DNA of 64,000 nt from an uncultured Acidobacteriota bacterium (GTDB taxonomy: Bacteria > Acidobacteriota > Thermoanaerobaculia > UBA5066), in contig CAVZYA010000002.1 of NCBI GenBank assembly GCA_963779415.1, positions 1,536,001-1,600,000 of the forward strand, in the 5' to 3' direction. Made by a program: the position numbers and the translations under genes. Positions 11,676 through 19,894 of this stretch are shown piece by piece (positions within the stretch are counted from its first letter, which is position 1; each line of letters starts with the position of its first letter). The notes under the pieces are model-generated. The model was given only the letters and a program-made list of their open reading frames with translations. It had not been told where the DNA came from and searched no databases.

Positions 11676-12273
11676 GGCGGCTGCGGAGCCTGAGGAGCCC
11701 CTGGCGAATCCGGGTCTTCACGGTGCCGAGAGGCTCCTTCAGCCGCTCGGCGATCTCGACGTGGGTGAGACCCTTGAAGAAGGCGAGCTCCACCGCCTCG
11801 CGCTGGGCGGGAGGGAGGGACTTCATCGCCTCGCGGACGGCGTCGCGCGCTTGCCGGAAGGAGGCGACCTGGTCCGGCGTCGCCTCGTCGTCCAGCGGGT
11901 CGAGATTGGCGTTGGGATCGTCGAAGGAGATCGTCCGGTCCTCGCGCCGGTGGCGCGCCCGGAGCCGGTCGATCGCGCGCGAGCGGGCCACCGTGAAGAT
12001 CCACGCGGGAGGCGCGCCCCGCGCCGGGTCGTACCGGCCGGCCTGACGCCAGACCTGCCAGAAGACGTCCAGCGCCACGTCCTCGGCTTCCTCGGTGTTC
12101 TGGAGGATCTTCCAGACGAGGGAATAGACCACCGAGGCGTAACGCCCGTAGAGAGCGTCGAGCGCGGTCTGGTCCCCCTGCCGGATCCGATCGAGCAGTT
12201 CGAGGTCGGACGCGCTCGCGGAGGGGGCGACAGGGGAGGAGGGGCGAGCCGGATCGTTGCGACCCATTCTCAT
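11668..12273 (-). CDS. ECF sigma-70 factor (SigK-like)
   Basis: EAEDVALDVFWQVW, WIFTVARSRAIDRLR, HVEIAERLKEPLGTVKTRIRQG. Confidence 0.9.
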   Translation of the reverse strand: MRMGRNDPARPSSPVAPSASASDLELLDRIRQGDQTALDALYGRYASVVYSLVWKILQNTEEAEDVALDVFWQVWRQAGRYDPARGAPPAWIFTVARSRAIDRLRARHRREDRTISFDDPNANLDPLDDEATPDQVASFRQARDAVREAMKSLPPAQREAVELAFFKGLTHVEIAERLKEPLGTVKTRIRQGLLRLRSRLD

Positions 12274-12280
12274 CGGGAGA

Positions 12281-12967
12281 TTAACAGGAGTGGGAGAAAC
12301 CGGTGGGAATCCGGAAAACGGCCCTCGCGAAGCGCGCCGGAACGTGAAAGTCGGGGGGGGAGGCGCGAAGGGTGGGCGAGAGGGCGAGGTACCGGGTCGA
12401 GCGGCCGCGTGCGATCCGGGTGGCGTTGAGCCGCCGTTCCTCACCCGGCAGGGGAGCAGACCCCTTCGGGGAGATCGAGCGCCACGGAACCGAGATCGCG
12501 CCCTTCCACCGCCGCCGGGCGGAAGGGGGGCCGGCCGCGGGCTCTCCCGTGACGGAGACGGAGAGGCCCGCGGGGAGGATCCCCGCGCGGAGTGTCCAGG
12601 TTTCCCGGCTTCCGTCGGGGTTCCGGACCTCGGCCCCGTAACGGGCTCCGGCCGCGTTGACGACGATCTCGATGTAGAAGGCGGGATCCTCCTGGGCGGC
12701 GACGAAGAGCTCGACGCAGTCGTCTTCGAAGACGTGCCCCCCGTCGGAAGCGGTGAGTGCGAGAGGGGGCTCGGCGTCGACGTCGAAGAGGGCATGGAGC
12801 GCCTCGGGAGTCGCCGCGAAGGCGACGGCGGCCGTGGGACCGTCGTTCGGACCGCCGCCGACGTCCCGCATTCCGTGGCGCGGGGCCGCCGCGAGCGCCT
12901 CTTCCAGACGTTCGGACGGGACGAGGGCGATCTCGAGGGTCCGCACCGGAGAGGAGGTCATTTCCAT
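12281..12967 (-). CDS. Carbohydrate-binding family 9-like protein
   Basis: VFEDDCVELF, YIEIVVNAAG, RLNATR, PDFHVPARF. Confidence 0.7.
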   Translation of the reverse strand: MEMTSSPVRTLEIALVPSERLEEALAAAPRHGMRDVGGGPNDGPTAAVAFAATPEALHALFDVDAEPPLALTASDGGHVFEDDCVELFVAAQEDPAFYIEIVVNAAGARYGAEVRNPDGSRETWTLRAGILPAGLSVSVTGEPAAGPPSARRRWKGAISVPWRSISPKGSAPLPGEERRLNATRIARGRSTRYLALSPTLRASPPDFHVPARFARAVFRIPTGFSHSC

Positions 12968-13836
12968 CGAATCCTGAAGCTCGCGAGGCGGGCGAGAAGT
13001 TCCTCCGCTTCCCTCCGGGCCGCGAGAAATGAACGGCTCGCATCGCGTGTGAGCGCCGGGAGCAGAAGCTGGTTCGACCGCATCTCGCGCGGCGTCTTCA
13101 CGGCCCCGCTGGCGATGGCGGCCAGCTCGAGGCGGTCGTGAGCGTCGCCCGCCGTGTCCTGAAAGCTCCGGAGCGCCGCGAGCAGCGGTGTCGTGTCGGG
13201 AACGAGCTCGCGGACCAGCTCGAGACCGTATCGAAAGTCCTTCGCGGCGATCCGGGCGGCGTGAAGGCTCTCCCGGTCCGGGATGCCCCCTTCGAGGAGC
13301 CTCGTCCGCCGCTTCTCGAGGCGGCGAAGGACGAGGCGGGCGAGGCGCGCGTCCGTGACGGAACCGACGACGCTCGCGAAAGGGCGGCTGAAGCGGGAAA
13401 GCTCGGCCGCACGGATGGCAAAGGCGGCCCGAAGGGCGGCGAGGCGGACGTCCCCGTCCCGCGCAGCCCCCTTCGTATCCGGCGCGGGGCCGAGGCGGGC
13501 CGCCAGCCGGAGTGCCGCCGCATGGCGTCCCGGATCGCGGCGGAACCGGACGCGGAGCCTCGCGGCCGAGACCTCCAGGGTCCGGTGCGGGGAGAGAAAC
13601 TGCCGAAGGTCGCGGGAGGTCCTCCGGAGCGGCAGGGCCGAGTCCGGATCCGGGAACCCGCGCGTCAGCTTCGCGACGGCGGCGGTTCGCCGCAGCGCGA
13701 CCCGAAGGTCGTGGAGCACGCGCTCGTCGTCGAGCCGCTCGGCACGCGCGAGGACCTCCTCGATCCGGGCGCGCTGGGTCGAGACGGTCGCGGCGAGGTG
13801 TGCCACGAGGGGCGGGGCAGAGGGACCCGTCGGCAC
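12958..13836 (-). CDS. CHAD domain (polyphosphate-binding) protein
   Basis: LHDLRVALRR, LHAARIAAKDFRYGLE, FQDTAGDAHD. Confidence 0.88.
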   Translation of the reverse strand: MPTGPSAPPLVAHLAATVSTQRARIEEVLARAERLDDERVLHDLRVALRRTAAVAKLTRGFPDPDSALPLRRTSRDLRQFLSPHRTLEVSAARLRVRFRRDPGRHAAALRLAARLGPAPDTKGAARDGDVRLAALRAAFAIRAAELSRFSRPFASVVGSVTDARLARLVLRRLEKRRTRLLEGGIPDRESLHAARIAAKDFRYGLELVRELVPDTTPLLAALRSFQDTAGDAHDRLELAAIASGAVKTPREMRSNQLLLPALTRDASRSFLAARREAEELLARLASFRIRWK

Positions 13837-13867
13837 GCGTCCATCGTACGCGCCCCACCGGCGGGCA

Positions 13868-15218
13868 TCACTCCCCGCCGGAGGGCTCCGGGCCGCCGCC
13901 CGTCAGGCCGGCCCAGAGACCGAGCTCGTCCGTCGCGGCGTCGTACTCGAAAAGCTCCGTGGAGCGTCCCCAGCTGACGACGGCGTCGAAAAGGGCCGGG
14001 ATGTCGGCCGCCGGGAGGTGGGTCGCGAGCATGTCGCGCACCTCTCCGCCGGGGCGCGGGACATCCGGCGTGGCCGCGAGGAACCGCACGACGGCGGCGA
14101 AAGTGCCGAGCGCGAGGATCTGTCTCCGAAGGATCCGGAGCCGGTCCCGGGGAGGCGCCCCGATGAGGGTCCGGCCCGCTTCCGTGAGCAGGACCCGTTG
14201 CCGCGGCGTGTCGACGAGGTCGAGAAGCTCGGCTGCCTTGACGACCGAGATCGTCTTTCCGAAGTCGTACTCGGTGTCGCGGTCGAGGGCGAAGAGGTCC
14301 ATCTCGCCGCCATGCGCGAAGAGGATGTCGAGGAGGCCGCCGATCTCGCCGATGGCGACGTTCGGGACGGGAACGATCGGCGCTTCCGGGCGTCGGCCGG
14401 GAGGCGCCGGAGCGGGCGCGGCCTCCTCGGGAAGGTGGACGCCCGTGACGGCGTCGTGAACCTCGGCCACGATCCGGAGGAAGGCGGGATCGCGGAACGA
14501 GCGCGGGTGGGGGAGCGGGTTCGCCGGTCTCCCACCGGACCGTCCCGGGGTTCGCCCCGAGGACGACGATCCGGTCGCCGAGATAAACCGCCTCCTCGAT
14601 CAGGTGCGTGATCAGGAGGACCGAGGAGAGGCCCGTCGAGGGATCCTTGAAGAGCCGGTAGACCTCGGAGCGGAGCAGCTCGGCGGTCAGGACGTCGAGC
14701 GCCGAAAAGGGCTCGTCCATGCAGAGCAGCTCCGGCCTTCCGACGATCGCCCGCGCGATCCCGACCCGCTGCTTCATGCCGCCCGACAGCTCCTTCGGGT
14801 AGGCGCGCGAAGCGCCGGAGAGCCCGACCGCCGAGAGAACCTCCCGGACCCGCTCGTTCGCCTCGCGCTCCGGAACTCCGCGTGCGTGGAGCCCGAGCCT
14901 CACGTTCTCCTCCACCGTGAGCCACGGAAAGAGGGCGAAGTTCTGGAAGACGACGGCCGCGCCCGGGTGGATTCCTTCGAGAGGAAGGCCGTGCTGCTCG
15001 ACGACCCCCTTCGACGGCGGAATCAGGCCGATGAGGATCCGGAGGAGCGTCGACTTTCCGCACCCGGACGGGCCGAGCACGGCGAGAACCTCGTTCGGCC
15101 GGACCTCGAAATCGATGTTCGCGAGGACGACCCTCTCGCGTCCGTCCTCGTCCCGGAAGACGCGCGAAACGCCGCGGGCGCGGGCGATGGGGGGCGCGGG
15201 CGCGGAGAGGGCGCTCAT
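13868..15218 (-). CDS. NitT/TauT-family ABC ATPase with C-terminal AAA-associated domain (frameshift near 14530)
   Basis: GPSGCGKST, LSGGMKQRV, MDEPFSALD; C-terminal domain ending WGRSTELFEYD in ORF 13868-14470. Confidence 0.85.
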
Positions 15219-16885
15219 CGGTTCAGGCTGTACTTCGTCGCGGCCAGCGTCCAGAGGCGACGCCAGACGGTCCGGTTCAGGAGGACGAGGGCCAGCGACA
15301 TCGTGAGGACTCCGGCGGCGAGGAGAGGGAAGTTGGCCTCCTGCGTCGCGCGGGTGATGAGGGATCCGAGCCCGAAGGTCTCGAGGGTCCGCCCGCGGTA
15401 GGTCAGCGTCTCGGCCACGATCGAGGCGTTCCAGGCGCCGCCGGCCGCCGTGACGAGGCCGGTGACGAGGAACGGAAAGACGGCCGGCACGAGGAGGACG
15501 CGCCACGTCGCCGCGCCGGAGAGGCCGGAGACCCGGGCGACCTCGTCGAGGTCACCGGGAATCGCGCTCGCTCCCGCGAGGACGTTGAAGAGGACGTACC
15601 ACTGGGCCCCGAGGAGCATCAGGACGGCCGCGATCGCCGCGAAGGGGACCCGAAGCGCGAGGAGACCGCCCGTCACGAGCGGAAAGATCATCGGCGCCGG
15701 GAACGACGCCACGATCTGGACGACGGGCTGGAGGCGCCGCGACAGGGCCGGCCGGCGGCCGATCAGGATGCCGGCGGGAAGGGTCCAGAGAAGGGCGAGG
15801 GCGAGCGCGGCCGCAGTCCGGAGGGCCGTGGCGCCGAGGCCGGCCCCCACCATCCGCCACTCGGCCGCGGTGACGCGGAGGAGAAGCCGGAGGAGGGCGA
15901 CAGCGCCGGCCGCGGAGCCGACGGCGGCGGCCGCGCCGACGAGCCAGCCGATCGCGGACCGGAGCGCGCTTCCGCCGTCCCCCGGAGCCTCTTCCGATTT
16001 CGTCTCCGGGCTCGTCCTGGCGCGCGCCTCGCGCGCCGCACGGAAGGCGCGCCGGATCTTCCGGAGAGCCGTCGAGCGGCGGAGGAGGTCGAGGACCCAG
16101 GAGGAGGGGGCCTTCTCGCCGCTCACGTCCTCCGTCCGGAAGCGCTGCGACCACGCGACGAGAGGCCTCCAGAGGAGCTGGTCCACGGCGACGATCATCG
16201 CGGTCATCGCGACGAGCGCCCACGCCATCGCCTTCCGGTCGTCCCTCTCGATGGCGACCGCCATGTACGAGCCGATTCCGGGGAGGCGGAAATCGTGGGC
16301 CCCGAGCGTGAACGCTTCGTTGACGGTCAGGAAGAACCAGCCCCCGGCCATCGACATCATCGAGTTCCAGACGAGGCCGATGACCGCGGACGAAAGCTCG
16401 ACCGTCCGGAAGCGGCGTCCCCACGAGAAACGGTGGATCCGCGCGACTTCGTTGAGCTCATTCGGGATGGCCCGGAGGGATCCGTAATAAGAGAACGCCA
16501 TGTTCCAGACCTGTCCCGTGAAGATCATTACGATGCAGGCCAGCTCGAGGCCGACGTTGCTCTTGGGGAAGAGGGCGACCATCCCGAGGACGAGCCCCGG
16601 AAGGAAGCCGAGGACGGGGATTCCCTGTCCGACGTCGAGAAGCGGGATCAGCACCTTCTCGGCTCTCTTCGAGTGCGCGGCCGCCGTCCCGACGACGAGG
16701 GTGAAGAGGAGCGAGAGGAGATAGGCGGCGAGACCCCGCGAGAGGGAGAAGAGCGTGTAGCCGGGGAGGGCGGTCGGGGAGAGGTCGATCTCGACCGCCG
16801 CCCGCATCGGCGCTTCCCAGCGCCGCGCGAGGCCGACGACGGCCGCGACGCTCGCACCGACAACCACGAAGAGGAGAAGATTCAC
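15215..16885 (-). CDS. NitT/TauT-family ABC permease (duplicated TM domain)
   Basis: LDVGQGIPVLGF, NSMMSMAGGWFF, GGAWNASIVAE; start approximate. Confidence 0.85.
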   Translation of the reverse strand: MNLLLFVVVGASVAAVVGLARRWEAPMRAAVEIDLSPTALPGYTLFSLSRGLAAYLLSLLFTLVVGTAAAHSKRAEKVLIPLLDVGQGIPVLGFLPGLVLGMVALFPKSNVGLELACIVMIFTGQVWNMAFSYYGSLRAIPNELNEVARIHRFSWGRRFRTVELSSAVIGLVWNSMMSMAGGWFFLTVNEAFTLGAHDFRLPGIGSYMAVAIERDDRKAMAWALVAMTAMIVAVDQLLWRPLVAWSQRFRTEDVSGEKAPSSWVLDLLRRSTALRKIRRAFRAAREARARTSPETKSEEAPGDGGSALRSAIGWLVGAAAAVGSAAGAVALLRLLLRVTAAEWRMVGAGLGATALRTAAALALALLWTLPAGILIGRRPALSRRLQPVVQIVASFPAPMIFPLVTGGLLALRVPFAAIAAVLMLLGAQWYVLFNVLAGASAIPGDLDEVARVSGLSGAATWRVLLVPAVFPFLVTGLVTAAGGAWNASIVAETLTYRGRTLETFGLGSLITRATQEANFPLLAAGVLTMSLALVLLNRTVWRRLWTLAATKYSLNR

Positions 16886-16932
16886 GCCGGCGCGCTGCAC
16901 GCGGCCGGCGCGGAGAACGCTCCGGCGGGACG

Positions 16933-18708
16933 TCAGGCTCGCGTCCTCCTCGCGGTGTCCTCGGGGTAGGGTGCGGGGAGCTCCGGGACGGGGGGACCGA
17001 TGTGGTACCCCTGCGCCCGGTCGACGCCGAGAACGGCGAGGATCTCGAGAATGTCCTGCGACTCGACCCCTTCGGCCACCGTCTTGACGCCGAGCCCGCG
17101 GCAGATCTCCGTGATGCCCCGGACGAAGACGCGGTTCTCCGGCTTGTGCTCGAGGTTCCGGATGTAGCTCATGTCGAGCTTGAGCGTCGAGACCGGAAGC
17201 TCGCGGAGGTAACGGAACGAGGAGAAGCCGACCCCGAAGTCGTCGAGGGCGAAGCGGAAGCCCTCGGACGTCAGGGCCCGGGTGAAATGCTGGACGCGGG
17301 CGAGGTCGCGCAGGACGGCCGTCTCGGTGATCTCGAACGTCACCCGCTCGGGCCGGATCCCCTTGGCCCTCGCGAGACGGGAGATGTCCGCCACGAGCGA
17401 GTCGTCCTCGAAGTCGAGGCCCGAGAGGTTGAGCGCCATCTCGAGGTTCGCGATCGTCTTGTTCCGCGCGGAGACGAGCTTCTCGAAGGCGGCCGCGATG
17501 ACGAGCCGGTCCATCTGGGTGACGAAGCCGAACCGCTCGGCGGCGTCGAGGAAGGAAGCGGGGGCCGTCAGGAGGCCGTTCGGCTCCTTCAGGCGCGCGA
17601 GCGTCTCGACCGCGACGATCCGCCCGGTCATGACCTCGGCGATCGGCTGGAAGACCGGGACGAACCGGTGCTCGGAGAGGGCGGCCCGGATCCGGTTCGC
17701 CTGCTCGCGGAGGCCGGAGATCCGGTGGCGCTCCATGTCGTCCGGGTCGTGCATCAGCGCGCGCGAGCCGCCCCGCCTCTTCGCCTGGTGCATGGCGAGA
17801 TCCGCCGCGCGGACGAGGTCGGCGGCTCCTCCGGCATGGTCCGGATAGAGCGCCACGCCCGCGCTCGCGGAGAGCGAAAGGGAGCTTCCCTCCCAGACGG
17901 GTGCCATCCCCGTGATGAGCGCCAGAATCTGGTCGGCGCGCTCCACAGCCTCCCCGGTTCCGGTGTCCGGGATGAGGATCGCCACCTCGTCCCCGCCGAC
18001 GCGCGCGAGAAGCTCGGGGTTCGGGAGGGCGTTGCGGAGATTCTCGCCGAGGCTCCGGAGGTATTCGTCTCCCGCCGCGAGCCCGTGCGTGTCGTTGAGC
18101 GACTTGAAGCGGTCGAGTCCGACATAGACGAGGGCGAGCGGGTGGCCCGTCCGGTCGGCCGCCGCGATCTCCCGGTCGAGGATGAACCGGAAGTTCTCGC
18201 GATTCAGGAATCCGGTCAGGCCGTCCCGGCTCATGTGCTCGGCCAGCTCGTTGTAGAGGGACTTGAGCCGCTCGAACTCGGCCATCTTCTCGGTCACGTC
18301 CCGGGCGACGGCGACGAAGAAACCGGCCCCGGCCTCCGGGCACTCCCGGGTCGAGATCCAGAAGAACCGGTCCGGATTCCCGTCCCCTCCCGGCACCGTG
18401 ACGTCCAGGTTTCGAACTCCGCCGGGACGGGAGGCGCCGTCGAGGAGGCGTGCGAGGCCTTCCGGATCGTTCCAGAAGGGAAGGCACCGCTCGTGCGTGA
18501 CGCTCTCCTCGGCGGGTTCCGGCGTGCCGGCCTCGCTTGCGGCGTCGTTGATCGAGACGATGCGCCCGCCATCGCTGAAGAGGGCGGCGGGATCCGGGCT
18601 CGTGAAGAGGATGGCCGCCAGGGCCCGGCGGGAGAACGTGCCGGACTGCGGCCGGCGCGAGTCACGCGCGGCCTGGAAGGTGCCGGAGGTGCTGCGGCGG
18701 GTCGTCAC
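16933..18708 (-). CDS. PAS-GGDEF-EAL protein
   Basis: DGLTGFLNR, ARVGGDEV, ETLAR, FEITET, LDDFGVGFSS, VAEGVE. Confidence 0.92.
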   Translation of the reverse strand: MTTRRSTSGTFQAARDSRRPQSGTFSRRALAAILFTSPDPAALFSDGGRIVSINDAASEAGTPEPAEESVTHERCLPFWNDPEGLARLLDGASRPGGVRNLDVTVPGGDGNPDRFFWISTRECPEAGAGFFVAVARDVTEKMAEFERLKSLYNELAEHMSRDGLTGFLNRENFRFILDREIAAADRTGHPLALVYVGLDRFKSLNDTHGLAAGDEYLRSLGENLRNALPNPELLARVGGDEVAILIPDTGTGEAVERADQILALITGMAPVWEGSSLSLSASAGVALYPDHAGGAADLVRAADLAMHQAKRRGGSRALMHDPDDMERHRISGLREQANRIRAALSEHRFVPVFQPIAEVMTGRIVAVETLARLKEPNGLLTAPASFLDAAERFGFVTQMDRLVIAAAFEKLVSARNKTIANLEMALNLSGLDFEDDSLVADISRLARAKGIRPERVTFEITETAVLRDLARVQHFTRALTSEGFRFALDDFGVGFSSFRYLRELPVSTLKLDMSYIRNLEHKPENRVFVRGITEICRGLGVKTVAEGVESQDILEILAVLGVDRAQGYHIGPPVPELPAPYPEDTARRTRA

Positions 18709-18717
18709 GTCCTCACG

Positions 18718-19272
18718 TCAGAGCGGGTCGAAGCCTGCATTATCGCCGCGAATTCGCTTCGGCGCCACGTCGGGTCGTTTCTTTCCCTCCGTCCCGAGGA
18801 CCCGGAGCGCCTCCCCGTGGAGCCGGTAGGTCCGCCACTCATCCATGGGGACCGCGCCGAGGCCCCGGTAGAAGCCGATCGCGGGCTCGTTCCAGGTCAG
18901 AACGGACCATTCCATCCTCCCGCAGCCGCGCTCGACCGCGATTTCGGCGAGGCGGACGAGGAGGGCCTTCCCGATCCCGAGGCCTCTCGCCTCCGGCCGG
19001 ACGAAGAGATCCTCGAGATAGATCCCGGGGCGCGTGAGCCAGGTGGAGTAGTTGTGAAAGAAAAGTGCGAAACCGCAGACAGCGCCGTCCCGCTCGGCCA
19101 CGATCGCTTCCACGAAGGGCCTCGGGCCGAAAAGGTGCTCGCGGAGGAGCGATGTCTCCGCATGGCATTCGGCGGGAGCCCGCTCGTATTCCGCGAGGTC
19201 GTGGATCAGCCCTGCAATTGCCGGAACGTCCTCCGGCCTGGCGCCCCGGAGGAGAAACGATTCCGAGAGCAC
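18718..19272 (-). CDS. GNAT N-acetyltransferase (SSAT-like)
   Basis: LAEYE, NYSTWL, YLEDLFVRPEARGLGIG, WNEPAIGFY. Confidence 0.9.
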   Translation of the reverse strand: MLSESFLLRGARPEDVPAIAGLIHDLAEYERAPAECHAETSLLREHLFGPRPFVEAIVAERDGAVCGFALFFHNYSTWLTRPGIYLEDLFVRPEARGLGIGKALLVRLAEIAVERGCGRMEWSVLTWNEPAIGFYRGLGAVPMDEWRTYRLHGEALRVLGTEGKKRPDVAPKRIRGDNAGFDPL

Positions 19273-19309
19273 GGCGGCATCTTACGGCGGCAGTGTTAAA
19301 AAGAGGGGC

Positions 19310-19894
19310 ATGCGCCCGCCGTACCGGCTCGATGGACTCCTGACGCGCCCCCTCATCGAGGTGCGCCTTGCCGCCGTCCGGCCGTTCGTCCCGGCGGGCG
19401 CGCGCCTTCTCGACGTCGGCTGCGGTCTGACTCCCCTTCCCGGACGAACCGGTCCTTACCTCGGCTGTGACCGGAGCCCCGAGATCCTCGAGGAGAACCG
19501 CCGCCGCCATCCGGGGGCGCGATTCGTCGAATGGGACGTCGAAGCGGGAGAGGCTCCGGCCGAGATCCGCGTTTCGGGGCCTTGGGACGTTATCCTCTGC
19601 CTCGCGCTTCTCGAGCACCTCTCGGAGCCGGCCGGCCTCTTCGTCCGGACGGCGCCGCTTCTCTCGGATGCCGGCCGTCTCGTCGTCACGACGCCGTCCC
19701 CCTCCGGCCGGGTGCCGCTCACGGTCGGCGCCTCTCTCGGCCTTCTCTCCCGCCACGCGGCCGACGAGCACGAAACGCTTCTCTCGCGCGCCGATCTCGA
19801 GGCGGGGGGGGCGGCTGCCGGACTCCGACTCGTCCACTATCGTCGCTTCCTCCTCGGCCTCGACCAGGTCGCGGTCTTCGCGCGAGCCGGATGA
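19310..19894 (+). CDS. Class I SAM-dependent methyltransferase
   Basis: LLDVGCG, LEHL, VVTTP. Confidence 0.8.
   Translation: MRPPYRLDGLLTRPLIEVRLAAVRPFVPAGARLLDVGCGLTPLPGRTGPYLGCDRSPEILEENRRRHPGARFVEWDVEAGEAPAEIRVSGPWDVILCLALLEHLSEPAGLFVRTAPLLSDAGRLVVTTPSPSGRVPLTVGASLGLLSRHAADEHETLLSRADLEAGGAAAGLRLVHYRRFLLGLDQVAVFARAG

Noticed and set aside
15215-18487. 1090-aa permease and similar N-terminally extended ORFs (19531, 31393, 35044, 60628)
   Set aside because: The extensions are Arg/Pro-rich off-frame read-through of neighbouring genes in GC-rich DNA.
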